Assembly: GCF_000143415.4 (NCBI RefSeq)
Contig: NW_003314261.1
Span: 3,216,880 to 3,280,879 of the forward strand
Reading direction: 5' to 3'
Source of the DNA: Selaginella moellendorffii
Taxonomy: Eukaryota; Plantae; Lycopodiophyta
Length of the DNA: 64,000 bases
This document shows positions 27,621-39,703 of the stretch, one piece after another. Position numbers and translations under genes: made by a program. The notes below the pieces were generated by a model. The model ran no database searches. It saw nothing but the letters and a program-made list of their open reading frames with translations, and was not told the origin of the DNA. Every line of letters starts with the position of its first letter. The stretch's first letter is position 1.

Positions 27621-29145
27621 ATGTTGTTCGCGATTGTCCTCGTTCTAGCTCTTGTGTTCTTTGTCACGCAATGGATGTGGAGCAAGCGCGCCAATCTTCC
27701 CCCAGGTCCAAGAGCTTTGCCTCTCATCGGCCACTTCCACCTCCTGGGAAGGATCCCCCAGATCTCACTCTATCACCTCTCCAAGAAGTTCGGACCCCTC
27801 ATGTACTTGCGCCTGGGATCTCTGCCACTCTTTGTAGTTTCCAGTCCTGCCATGGCCAGGGAGTTCCTCAAGACCCACGATGCAGCATTCGCGCACAGGC
27901 CACCCAAGGTGGCCGTGTATAGCTACAAGAGCGTATCTTACTCGGAGGGTGAGTACCACAAGAACCTTCGGCGGATGTGCTCCATGGAGCTCTTCACGGC
28001 CAGGAGGGTCACCTCCTTCACGAAAATCATCCGGGACGAGCTGTGGGACCTCACTGCCGAGCTCGCCAATGCTTCCAAGGCGGATCAACCAGTGGCACTG
28101 CGAGGCAAGCTGAGAGCACTGAGCTTCAATGTCATGACTCGGATCCTCATGAACAAGACTTTCTTCGGATCCAAGGCTTCCGGCGGTGGTGACCAAGAGG
28201 CGCGGAATTTTTTGGAGACGATTGACGAGGTGCTAGCGGCATTCGGGGCGTTCGCCATAGAAGATTATTTCCCCAGTATCGGCTGGCTCGACCTGAGCAT
28301 AGCCCGCCGGTGTAGACGAGCTTACGGGAAGATGGATGTGTTCCTGGAGAATGTTTTGGATGAGCAAAGGCCTGGAGAAATTCCAGACTTTGTGGAGATG
28401 ACGAAGGCGCGAGTCAACGGCCCCGACCAGACCCAGAGTCTTAAAGCGTTGCTCATGGTAAGTGAAAACTCTTCATTTGATCGTGCTAAGTCTCTCTTTG
28501 CTCGCCTAGGATTTACTTGTTGCTGGCTCCGAGACATCGTCAACCACGACTGAATGGGCTATGGCCGAGCTTCTCCACAATCCCGAGTGGATGGAGAAAC
28601 TCCAGCAAGAGATTGAAAGCGTGGTTGGGCGAGATCGAATGGTGGAAGAGTCGGACTTGGCGAAGCTGGAGCTTGTCAACGCTGTTATCAAGGAGACATT
28701 TCGTCTCCATCCCCCGCTGGGGCTGCTGGTTCCACACACATCCCCGGAGCCTCGACTAGTTGCGGGCTTTGAGATTCCAGCAAAGGCGACAGTGCTCATC
28801 AACGCATACGCGATTGGAAGGGACTCCCAGGCTTGGCCAAACGATCCGGACAAGTTCAAGCCTGGGAGATTTGTTGGTAGCAATATCAACGTCTATGGCC
28901 ATGACTTTGAGTTGCTTCCCTTTGGATCAGGAAAGCGAGGTTGTCCAGGGCTTCCTCTTGGGCTGCGGAACGTCCAGTTGGTGCTCTCAAACTTGATCCA
29001 TGGGTTTGACTGGAGATTTTCAGAAGATGCAAGGAACCTGTCCCTTGACAGTGGCCCTGGATTGGTTGATACTGTTGCAGATGCTGTTGTGGCCCATGTT
29101 TCCCCAAGACTTCAGCAGTGTGCTTTTGACACTCTTGCAGCGTAA
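27621..29145 (+). CDS. Cytochrome P450, CYP71 clan, intact; intron 28458-28509
   Basis: Paralogue of 22785-24333; AGSETS, ETFR, FGSGKRGCPG; splicing restores the frame. Confidence 0.95.
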
Positions 29146-29724
29146 TAACTTATAAAGTATGTCCTAATTAAAATAAATTGCTATGTGTTGCATGCAGCAA
29201 GTGTTATTCTTACTTATTAATTTAATAAAGTTTATAATTATAAGCATGTTTGTAATTTATAAACACAAGATTAATTTTATTGCATTAGATGATAGAATAA
29301 AAAAGAATATACTAGAAATTAAGAAAGTTTATAAATTATAAACATTGTATAAATTATAAATACAAGATTAATCTAAATGAATAACAACCGTAAAATGGTA
29401 AAATATCCTAGAATATTCAAGCATATTCTAGGTATATCCACTACCATCCTATAAGCAAACAAAAAATCCATGGTTTAGGGTTTATCATGTTAGTTCTTAC
29501 GAAATTAAAAGATATAGTTTTGCTTGTCTGAACTTTAACTTCTTATATATGTTATAAATTAGAGTGAGTTATTAATATCAGAGTGTTTTAAACTGTTAAA
29601 AGCTCATTAGCAAGAAAAGGGAAGACAATGAAACTACTAAAGTACTAAAGAATAGAGAATAAAGGGTAAATTTATATTAAACATTTTGAGTACAAAGTCC
29701 TTAAATTTTAACTTTTCTCTACTT

Positions 29725-30500
29725 TATGATATGGTGTCAATAAACTAACATGAAACACATCATATAGATAAGATAATTCATCCAAAAGATCCAACTTACA
29801 AGATATATCACCATCTTTTTAACACTGAATAAGGCTCAATATATTTTGGTAATAACTTCTAAGACAAATACCCCTTAACATTCATAACCACACCTAATCT
29901 CCTATTTAATATGTTATATTTGGTAATGTTAATCCTTCTCATATTGATATCTATCTTGAGTTTTGCTTATCACCTCAGTTACCTTAGACTAACCTTGGTG
30001 CAATTGTTTTGCATAAGTTTCAATGGATAAAACCAACACTTCAGACATTAATTTTGAAATAATGATCTATTAAAGAACCCCATGAGTATTTCATTATAAC
30101 ATCTCTTATAAAGAATAATTAATAATGTTGTAAAATGTGTTGTTATAATAGATTTCTATTGTGTCCAAATGCTCAACTTAATTGCATTGGTCCATTACAA
30201 CATAGTACTGCAAATAATCTTCTAAGCATTTATATGTTTGGTCTGCCCATATGTTTGAGGATGATAAATTGTAAACATAATACCAAATAATTAGAATATG
30301 TGCCTAAAATTTTCTTATAAACCTCAAATCCCTATTTGAGATTATCCCATAATACTTCATGGAAAAAGAGTTTTGCCACTTGTTTAACATTCATTGTAAA
30401 AGCTAAAGATGCCCATATAATAGGTTTTGAATTTAAATAAAAGGTTGGGTTTGATTATTATCATAATCAATAATAATAAATATACTCCTCAATAAACACA
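29725..30500 (-). mobile_element. Highly degenerate Ty3/gypsy integrase remnant
   Basis: Minus-strand fragments HPQTYGQT, KLLPKYIEPY and VFHVSLLTPYH resemble the integrase core end and the GPY/F module. Confidence 0.65.
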
Positions 30501-30826
30501 TTTACATTTTATCAATTATCATTAAGTCAATTTCTTTCATATAAGATGATATATGAAAATGAAAGATTTTCCATGGGCTAAAGTATAAGTGTACAAACAC
30601 AATCATCTTTAGAGAGTTAAAAGTCTTAAAAGCCTATTTCTCTTGCATAGGCAATGACTTCTAGCTTCAAAGATTCTCACAACTTTCATTAATGCCTAAG
30701 ACTTTTAGCTACAGGAGGACAATTTATTCTCCCCACAACTTTGAATCACTCTTCTAAATTATTCTAAGGCTCTCTTCACTTTAAAAAGGTGACACCAACA
30801 TTTAAGAAAAAAGAGTTAGACTGAGA

Positions 30827-32857
30827 ATGTTGTTAGTGATTGTCGCTCTAATTGCTCTGCTTTTTATCACACAATGGATGTGGAGCAAGCGCGTCAAGCT
30901 TCCCCCAGGCCCCAGAGCTTTACCTCTCATCACTCTATCACCTCTCCAAGAAGTTTGGAGCCCTCACGTACTTGTGCCTGGGATCCGTGCCACTCTTTGT
31001 AGTTTCCAGTTCATCCATGGCCAAGGAGTTCCTCAAAACCCACGATGCGGCATTCGCACACAGGCCACCCAGAGTGTCCGTCGAGATCGCCATGTATAAC
31101 TACAAGAGCTTATCCTACGGCGAGGGTGACTACCACAAGAACATTAGGAGGATGCGTTCCATGGAGCTCTTCACGGCCAAGAGGGTCACCTCCTTCACCA
31201 AAATCATCCGGGACGAGCTGTGAGATCTTACTGCCGAGCTCTCCAAGGCTTCCAAGGGGGATCAACTGGTGCCATTGCGAGGCAAGCTGAGATCATAGCT
31301 GCCGGAAAACGTATGAAACTAAAAAAACGTAACGTTTTAAACGCGTTAAAAAACGCCGTTCTAAACTCCCAACGCGTTTGCACTATTTGCGAAAAGAGAC
31401 AAAGGTTTCTTTAAGGTTTCTTTAGGGGGTTCATGTAGTCATGGCAGGAATTGGAGGACGCCACGAATGCTAGAGCTGGAAGCATGTGATATGAGCAGAG
31501 TGGCACTGGACATGTAAGTATTGTCATGAGATTCACACTGGGGGAGCAGAGTGAGTGTGAGCACATCTGGCTGGAGTTTGGGCAAAAGGTGTGAAAACGT
31601 GCAAGGCAATGAGGGAGATCCCTTATGAAGTTCGTGATTTCGAGCTAGCATCTTCTTTCATTTGTTTTAGTATGTTATTCGGTTGGGTTTTATAAACTAA
31701 ATATCAGATTAAAGTGTCTTTAGTAAATATTAGTGTTTTCTTAATCATTTTAGGCTTTAACATGTAAACGTTTGATTGTCCTGAAAAAAACGTTTTAAAT
31801 GGCGTTTAAACGTGGACACGTTTAAACGTTTGCACGTCAAGCTGCAACTATGGCTGAGATCACTGAGCTTCAATGCCATGACTCGCATCCTTATGAACAA
31901 GACTTACTTTCCAGCGATGATCCAGAGGCGCGGGAGTTTGTGGAGGTCATTGACGAATTGCTAGAGGCAGCCGGAAGTTTTTCCTTGGCCGATTACTTCC
32001 CCAGTATCAGCTGGCTCGACTGGAGCATAGCCCGCTGCAGACAAGCTCACTGCAAGATGGATGCATTCCTGGACAAAGTTTTGAGCTAGCAAAGACCCGG
32101 AGAAGTTCCTGACTTTGTGGAGATGACGAAGGCACGAGTGAACGGCCCCGAGTACCTCAAAGCCTTGTTCATAGTAAGCTCAAAACTCTTGATTTGAGCG
32201 AGCTAACTCTTTGTGGTTCTTTACTAGGACTTACTTCTTGGTGGCTCGGAGAAATCGTCAACCGTGATTGAATGGGCTATGGCCGAGCTTCTCCACAATC
32301 CCGAGTGGATGGAGAAACTCCAGCAAGAGATTGAAAGCGTGGTTGGGCGAGATCGAATGGTGGAGGAGTCTGACTTGGCAAAGCTGGAGCTTGTCAACGC
32401 TGTTATCAAGGAGACATTTCGTCTGCATCCCCCGCTGCCCCTTATGATCCCACACACGTCCCTGGAGTCTCGAATAGTCGCCGTCTTTGAGATTCCAGCA
32501 AAGGCGACAGTGCTCATCAACGCATACGCGATTGGAAGGGACTCCGAGGCTTGGCCAAATGATCCGGACAAGTTCAAGCCTGGGAGATTTGTTGGTAGCA
32601 ATATCAACGTCTATGGCCATGACTTTGAGCTGCTTCCCTTTGGATCAGGAAAGCGAGGTTGTCCAGGGCTTCCTCTTGGGCTGCGGAACGTCCAGTTGGT
32701 GCTCTCAAACTTGATCCATGGGTTTGACTGGAGATTTCCAGATGGAAGGTTGTCCCTTGACAGTGGCCCTGGCTTCATCAATGTTATTACGGATGTTGTT
32801 GTGGCCCAAGTATTACTAAGGCTTGAGCAGTGTGTCTTTGACGATCTTAAAACTTAA
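30827..32857 (+). pseudogene. Cytochrome P450 (CYP71 clan) pseudogene 2, interrupted by a MITE
   Basis: Frameshifting deletion near 30930, TGG>TGA at 31221, 559-bp insertion, TAG at 32087, I-helix Thr>Lys (GGSEKS); exon 2 still open. Confidence 0.92.
31294..31852. mobile_element. Non-autonomous hAT-type DNA transposon (MITE-like)
   Basis: 8-bp TSD GCTGAGAT (31286-31293, 31853-31860); imperfect TIR CATAGCTGC...GCAACTATG; subterminal AAACG(T) clusters at both ends. Confidence 0.88.
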
Positions 32858-32908
32858 GTTTTGTGGCAAGATCAAGAAATATCCTCTATACAGCTGTACG
32901 TTTATACG

Positions 32909-34141
32909 ATGGGCAAGATCGTTTGCGTCACGGGAGCCAATGGCTTCATCGCCTCCTGGATCGTGTGCAAGCTCCTCCAAAGGGGCTACACAGTTCGTGG
33001 CACGGTGAGAAACCCAGGTAAAAGATCTAGCAAGTTATAAGAAGATCCTGACTGATCGACCGGCAATCGAGCAGAAAAATGCGGCCATCTCTTGGGGCTG
33101 GATGGGGCAAAGGAGCGCCTCACACTTTTCAAGGCCGATCTCCTGAGCTATGAATCACTGCTGCCGGCGTTTCGCGGCTGCTATGGAGTCTTCCACACAG
33201 CTTGTCCTGTGGCCTTCCAATTCGACAATCCAGATGTATGGTATTCTCATCTCTTTCTCCTCCTAAATCTCGCTCACGAGTTTCTTTTCGTTGCTAGGAT
33301 GTTTTGGGTCCTGCGATTCAAGGCACCGAAAACGTGATGGCTGCTTGCTCCAACGAGAAAGTCCAGAGGGTGGTGATGACTTCTTCTGGAGCAGCCATTG
33401 TTGCCGATCCAAACAGGCCCAAAGATAAGGTGGTGGACGAGAGCTGCTGGAGCGACTCGGAAGCTTGCAAGGAACGAAAGGTAAGAAACTAAAGCGAGAG
33501 TTCTTCGTATTTGATTGATCTTTCTGTGAATTGAAACAGTCGTGGTACTCGCTCGCCAAGACCGAATCCGAGAAGCTGGCATGGAAGTTTGCAAAGGAGA
33601 AAGGCCTCGACTTGATTGTCATCTGTCCGGTGATGGTTTTTGGCCCGATCTTACAGCCCACCTCCAACACCACGGTGGAGGCTCTCAAGAATATCATCAA
33701 AGGTATAAAGCTCACAGCGGAAGAAAATAAAAAACTCTTTTTTTTCTTATCCAGGATCGAGCATTCCAAATTCATGGGTTCGACTGGTAGACGTGAGAGA
33801 CGTCGCGGAATCTCACATTGTGGCTTTGGAAAACGAGGCGGCGTCCGGGCGATACTTTTGCTTTGCGCATTGCATTCACTACAAGGACGTCGTCAGCGTC
33901 CTGGCCAAGAAATTCCCGCAACACTGCAATCCCGAGCTCCAGTAAGTTGATTTTCTCTCCACAGTCCATGTATATGATCTTCTTCTCTTGGTGAAGGTGC
34001 GATGAGAGCCAGCCCGTGGGTGGAATTGCTCCAGAGCTCGCCAAGAATGACAAGCTTTTGAGCTTGATCAAGGAGACAATACCATATGAGCAGACACTGA
34101 TCGACACAATAAGCTGCCTTGACGACAAAGGTTTCATGTAA
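32909..34141 (+). CDS. Cinnamoyl-CoA reductase-like / DFR-superfamily NAD(P)H reductase, 6 exons
   Basis: [13 protein letters not shown] Rossmann motif, [26 protein letters not shown] (YxxxK), VDVRDVA; splices in frame to DDKGFM*. Confidence 0.92.
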
Positions 34142-34242
34142 ATCAAGGTTCTTTTCAATAAAATTCACGAACTTTCAAAGGATTCGTATCAAGCTTTTGT
34201 CAAACTTTGAATTTGAAACGCAAGAACAATCTTTCTCTTTTG

Positions 34243-35697
34243 TCAAAAGCTCTGCCGACAACGCGAAAGCGATGCCCAATCAAACTCGTCTGGCAAGAAC
34301 GGCATGTCATCGACAAGATCCCATGCCTCTTTTACGTATCCGCCTCGTGAGAGAGTGTCCACAACGCTGGCAAAGTGTTGCTTCGACGCATCAATCCCAA
34401 AGTCGGTGCGCATGGATCCAAAACAAGAGCAAACCCACGAAAAAGCCCCGGCGTGGTTGCCAACAAGCAAGATTCCAGCCAAAGTTATGTCGTTTGGCAT
34501 TTCAGTGAAAACCATCTTCCGAAAGAGATCTTTGGTTTCCAGCCATCGTCCCTTTCGAGCGAACGCGATCATCAAGGAGTTCCAAGACACAAGGTCTTTC
34601 GTTGGAAGCCTTTCTAAGAGTTTCGTACCTTTATCAGCATGCCCTTTCTCGGTATATGCAGATAGAAAAGTGTTCCACGACACTAAGTCTCTCTGCGGCA
34701 TTTGATAGAAAAATTTCTCCATTTCGCAAGAACCAGATCTAGCGTAGCTTGCTAGCATGGCATTCCACGAAACTATGTTTCTTTCCTGCATGAAATCAAA
34801 CACATTCTTCGTTTGATCAAGGTACCCGTGCCGGGCATACGAAGAGAGCAAACACGTTGATGAGACCACATTCCCTCCTGTCAATGACTCCAACTTTCCT
34901 TCACACCTCACTTGAGATAGAAATGCATTCCAGCAAGCACTATCTTTGTCCGGAATCATTGTAAAAATCCTCATTGAATTCTCGAGCTGCTGGTTCCGGG
35001 CATACAACACCATCATGCACGTCCATGAAACGACGTCGACCTCGGGCATTTCCGCAAACAAAGCCTCAGCCTCGCGTGTATACCCAACCTGGGCATACGC
35101 GCTCAGCAAGGAGTTCCACGAAACCAAGTTCCATTCTGGCATCCTGCTTTCGAAATACTCCTCCGCCTCCCTTATTTGTTCATTTGACACAAATGCTGAA
35201 AGCAAAGCGGTTGTGGAAACAACATTGCGTTCTTGCATGCCGTCATAGATTCTCGATGCCTCGTAGATATGCCCTTCACGGGCATATACTGCAAGCATCG
35301 CATTCCAGGCGACAAGATCATGCTCGGGCATGCCAAGAAACATTACACGAGATTTATCAACATTTCCGGATTGTGAATGTGCTACTAGCATGATTGTCCA
35401 AGATACGAGGTTTTGCTCTGGCATGGAATCAAATAATAACCCGCATTCCTGTAGATGCCAGTTCTGGGCATATGCACTAAGCATCAAAACCCAGGAAAAC
35501 AAGTTCTTTCGACGGATCGAATCAAACACCTGACGAGCAGAACTTGGGCTCCCACACCTCCCATACATTTCGATCACCAGGTTACACAAGTAAACCTCGT
35601 ATTTCAGTGAATCGCTCAGACGAGCATGGATCTCACGACCTGCTGGGAGGTCTCTACAGACCCTTATCGCGTCCAAAGTTTCATTCCTCGCCTGCAT
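34243..35697 (-). CDS. PLS-class PPR protein with truncated E domain
   Basis: Tandem ~31-aa repeats (NLVSW...YA..G); C-terminal HFASVVDTLSRGG...MPFLPD; no DYW. Confidence 0.85.
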   Translation of the reverse strand: MQARNETLDAIRVCRDLPAGREIHARLSDSLKYEVYLCNLVIEMYGRCGSPSSARQVFDSIRRKNLFSWVLMLSAYAQNWHLQECGLLFDSMPEQNLVSWTIMLVAHSQSGNVDKSRVMFLGMPEHDLVAWNAMLAVYAREGHIYEASRIYDGMQERNVVSTTALLSAFVSNEQIREAEEYFESRMPEWNLVSWNSLLSAYAQVGYTREAEALFAEMPEVDVVSWTCMMVLYARNQQLENSMRIFTMIPDKDSACWNAFLSQVRCEGKLESLTGGNVVSSTCLLSSYARHGYLDQTKNVFDFMQERNIVSWNAMLASYARSGSCEMEKFFYQMPQRDLVSWNTFLSAYTEKGHADKGTKLLERLPTKDLVSWNSLMIAFARKGRWLETKDLFRKMVFTEMPNDITLAGILLVGNHAGAFSWVCSCFGSMRTDFGIDASKQHFASVVDTLSRGGYVKEAWDLVDDMPFLPDEFDWASLSRCRQSF

Positions 35698-37453
35698 GCC
35701 TCAATATGATCGATCTGCCAGCCACCACCTTTTTCTCTTCCGCGTTCACAGGCCCATGGCTATGAAACTCGTTCGAGAACGCATTGGCTAGCAGGAGATA
35801 AGCCGCGGTGTGATCGGATTTGAGCTCGAGGAGCTCTTTCGCCACCCCAGCCCGGATCTCTCTTTGCTTGTGGCTCTTACAAGCGGCGAGCAAACACGTC
35901 CAGTCCAAGGTATCGGGAACAAAAGGCATGGTGGCGATCAAATCTCTTGCCTCTTCAATGTAGCCACTTCGTGCGAGGAGATCGATCATACCGCTAAAGT
36001 GTTGCTTGCTTACCTCCAGTCCATAGTCCCAATGGATGGAACAAAAGCACGAAATCCCAGCTTTCAGGTCTCCGGCATGGCTGCAAGTCATAAGGATACA
36101 AATGCAGGAAACATCGTCCGGATTCCGGCCACTCATGTTCAAGGAGCTGAAAATCTCGTGGTTTCCGCTGCGAACATTGATCGAGAGCAGGGAATTCCAT
36201 GAGAGCATGTCAGGATCTGGCTCGATCCGATCGAAAACTCTCTTTGCTCCGTGAAGATCACAAGCTCGAGCGTACAGAACCATCAACGCATTGTACGAGG
36301 CTGTGTTCCTGAATGGCATGCGGACGTAAAAGAGCAAAGATTCGTGGGTGCTCCCGCTTTGGGCATATGCCGTGAGCATCGCATTGCAGGCCACAACGTC
36401 CCATTCCTCCATGGAATCAAAGAGCTGCTTGGATTCCTCAAGATGCCCGTTTTGGGCATATGCTGTTAGCATCGTCGTCCACGATATCAAGTTCTTTGTT
36501 TGCATGGATTCAAAAACAACACTGGCTTTGATTACGTCTCCATTGTGCGTGTGTCCGCCCAGTACGGAATTCCAGGATACCGTGTCTAGCTCGGGCATAT
36601 TCTCTAGAACCTTTGCTATCATAGCATTATGCCCAGAGTGGGCATATCCCGCTAGAATTGTGTTCCAAGAGAAGATATTCTTCTCTTTCATTCCATCAAA
36701 AACTCGTTCGGCTAAATCCATCTCTCCGACTTGGCAGTAGCACGAGAGCATGGCATTGGACGATACTAGGTCATATTCCGGGATCTTTTTGAAGAGATGC
36801 TCGGACTTTAACAGATAACCGGCTTGGGCATATGCCATTAGCATTGTCGTCCACGACACGATATCCCGCTCGGGCATAGAATCGAACACTGAACCGGCCT
36901 CGGCCGTACGGCTGCCTCGCACGTACGCCGCCAGCATGGAGTTCCACGTCACCAAGTTCCTCTCGGGCATAGCCTCAAACATGGTTTGGGCTTCTAGCAA
37001 ATACCCATTGACCGCAAATGCTGATAGCATGGTGGTCCAAGACACAACATCCTTCTCACGCATCGAATTGAAAATCTGCCTGGCGCCATCGAGATCCTTG
37101 TTCCTGGCAAACGCTGCGAGCATCACATTCCAGATCACAAGGCTCCAATTGGGCATCGCCTCGTACATAGATCTTGCCTGGGCGAGGTGCCCATTGCGGG
37201 CGTAAGTCGCAAGCATCGCCGCCCAGGTGAATGCGTTCTTGGGCTGGATGCCATCGAAGAGGCGGCGCGCGTCCGCCACAGCGCCCCAATTGCCATAGAT
37301 TTGGAGCAAGAGATTGGAGGCATAGACGTCGGAATCGAGGAGTTTGCTGCGCGAGTGGAGCTCGCGGAGGTGATCGAGGCTCTTGCATCTCCTAAGCTCG
37401 CGGAGGAGAGCGTCCCTAGCGGTGCCGGACAAGGAGGAGGTGTCCGTACACAT
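35681..37453 (-). CDS. PLS-class PPR-E protein
   Basis: Many 31-aa repeats; ACSHAG-like TCSHAG, MIDLLARSG, MPFVPD..W..LLAAC, AAYLLLAN; no DYW. Confidence 0.9.
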   Translation of the reverse strand: MCTDTSSLSGTARDALLRELRRCKSLDHLRELHSRSKLLDSDVYASNLLLQIYGNWGAVADARRLFDGIQPKNAFTWAAMLATYARNGHLAQARSMYEAMPNWSLVIWNVMLAAFARNKDLDGARQIFNSMREKDVVSWTTMLSAFAVNGYLLEAQTMFEAMPERNLVTWNSMLAAYVRGSRTAEAGSVFDSMPERDIVSWTTMLMAYAQAGYLLKSEHLFKKIPEYDLVSSNAMLSCYCQVGEMDLAERVFDGMKEKNIFSWNTILAGYAHSGHNAMIAKVLENMPELDTVSWNSVLGGHTHNGDVIKASVVFESMQTKNLISWTTMLTAYAQNGHLEESKQLFDSMEEWDVVACNAMLTAYAQSGSTHESLLFYVRMPFRNTASYNALMVLYARACDLHGAKRVFDRIEPDPDMLSWNSLLSINVRSGNHEIFSSLNMSGRNPDDVSCICILMTCSHAGDLKAGISCFCSIHWDYGLEVSKQHFSGMIDLLARSGYIEEARDLIATMPFVPDTLDWTCLLAACKSHKQREIRAGVAKELLELKSDHTAAYLLLANAFSNEFHSHGPVNAEEKKVVAGRSIILRHAGEE

Positions 37454-37635
37454 CTGGGATCTATCAGATTCGTGTTTTATTCCATGGGAGAATTAGGGTT
37501 GCCCCTTTCTCGTCCAGGAGAGGCGATCCCATGCGCTAGGGAGCTCATCGATCCACATTGTGAGTGTTGTTGTGCCGTGCCGCGCGCGCTGGTCGGTTGA
37601 TCGATCGCCTGGCGAGTCAAAGCCCTAGCGCGGCG

Positions 37636-39588
37636 ATGATGGACGGCAGCGGCGGCCATCCCCTGGATCCAGATCGCAGGTACTCGGTGGAGAGCTTGAC
37701 CATGGATCCTCTCCTAGCTGACAGGGACGAGGAGGAATCCAGCCGGTCCAATTCCAACAGCACCTATAGCTTGGTCGCGTCGCCGGTGGATCCTCTTGCT
37801 CATCCGCTGGGCCGCGAGGATTCCCAGGAAGAAGAGCTAGAATTCTCCAAGGAAACCAACGACGACGACGACGACGACGACGACGACAGATTGGAAGATG
37901 CTTCTTCGGCTACAATCACGAGCACTGCCGGGGGGGATCGATTGATCCACCAGCTGCAATCCAGCTCCGAGGGAGAATTCTTAAACATCATCGTCACGCA
38001 GCCCCAGAAGGAGGCCGATTCCGCGAGCTCGCTCATCCCAGGTGGGAGCTACTTCGTGACTTATCTCGTCAGCGCTAGAACAAACATGCCAGAGTATGGG
38101 AAGAGCGAGCACAACGTGAGGAGGAGATTCAAGGACATCGTTGCTCTTGCCGATAGCCTGGTGGAGAAGTACCGTGGCTATTTCATCCCGGCCCGGCCAG
38201 ACAAGAGCATCGTAGAGAGCCAGATCATGGACAAGCACAACTTCATTGAGCAGCGGCGGCTGGGGATCGAGCGCTACTTGCGCCGGCTGGCCTCTCACTC
38301 AGTGTTGAGAAAGAGCGAGGAGCTCAGGACTTTCATAGTTTCCAAGGCCAAGCTCCAGATGGTTCCGACGCTGGATGTGGCGTCGAGGATGCTCGACGGT
38401 GCTGCCAAGCTTCCACGGCAGCTCTTTGGCGATGGCCCGGCGGCAGTGAATCCGCAGGAGGTGGTGCACTCTGCGAAAGGTGGCAGGGATTTGCTGAGAC
38501 TGTTCAAGGAGCTCAGGCAGTCTGTGACGAATGACTGGGGTGCAAGCAGACCTCCCGTGGTTGAGGAGGACAAGGAGTTTGTGGAGAAGAAGGAGCATCT
38601 CCGAGAGTGTGAGCGGCGGCTAGCTCATGCTTCACAGCAGGCAAGTTTACACTTTTTCTTTTCCTTGCTTTATCTGATTCTCCGATCTTTCCTTTCTCTC
38701 CCGTTATTCGTTTTCTCATTTGATGTTGTGTGTGAAACACAGGCTGATGCATTCACCAAGGCTCAGAAAAATCTTGCCTCCGTGCTGGGGGATGTGGGAC
38801 TTTCGTTTATGAAACTGGCCAAGTTGGAAACGCAGCAGGCACCCAATAAACCGCATGGAGCAGACGTGCGGCGCCTAGCTACCGCAGTCGTGAGATCGAG
38901 CAGAGGCCAAAGAGCATCAAATGCGCAAGCCGAAAGACATCTGGTATGTTTTCGTTTTTTCTTTTTCTCGCTCGAGAACTTGAGGTTTCTTTTTGTTGCA
39001 TAGGACTATCTTCACGAGCACCTTGCAGTACTGCAGTCGGCTCAATACGCATTTGCGGACCGCGACAATGCGCTGCTAACTGTGCAGACTTTGCTATCGG
39101 ATATCTCTATGATGCATGCACGCGCTGAAAAGCATAGCGCTGCGGCGTCAAAAGTTTTTGGAGGGGATAAAGGCAGGAACAAGAAGATCGACGATTTGAA
39201 AGACTCTATAAGAATGACTGAGGAGGCCTGTGAGTGTGCTCAACAAAAGTACAACCAAATCAAGGTCTCGATTTCTCTGTTGCTTTTACGTTTTCGCTCT
39301 TTCTGACCCTCGAAGCCCGTCTCTCAGGATCACAACCGGACAGAGATTGAGCGTTTGGAAGCAACAAAGCAAAGCGAATTTTTTAATATGATTCACGGGT
39401 TTGTCCAGTCTCAGGTTGGATGAAGAGGTTTTTCTATTCCAACTGATCATTGCTCTTTTGCATTCCAGGTCGGCTACGCTGAGAGAATTGCAAAAGAATG
39501 GACCCGAGTAGCGGAGGAGTCTGCTGAGTACTCCGGCAGGCGTGTAGATTCGCCCATTTTCAAATCCAATCTATCGTTCCATGGGTAA
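37636..39588 (+). CDS. SNX2: Sorting nexin 2 (PX + BAR), multi-exon; first intron GC-AG
   Basis: VRRRFKDIVALAD, GYFIPARPDKSIVE, FIEQRR, GGRDLLRLFKELRQSVTNDWG. Confidence 0.93.
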
Positions 39589-39662
39589 TGCAACTCATAT
39601 CTTTGCACTCTTGGGAGGAAGCTTTGATGTTTTGCCAGGAGATAAAAACCAGGCAAAACAGG

Positions 39663-39703
39663 CACGTGGCAGCATGCAAGATAGCACAAGTGTCAAGTGC
39701 ATG
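39663..39703 (+). promoter_or_regulatory. ABRE/G-box plus RY motifs upstream of OBAP
   Basis: CACGTGGC at 39663-39670, CATGCA at 39673-39678, TGCATG at 39698-39703. Confidence 0.55.
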
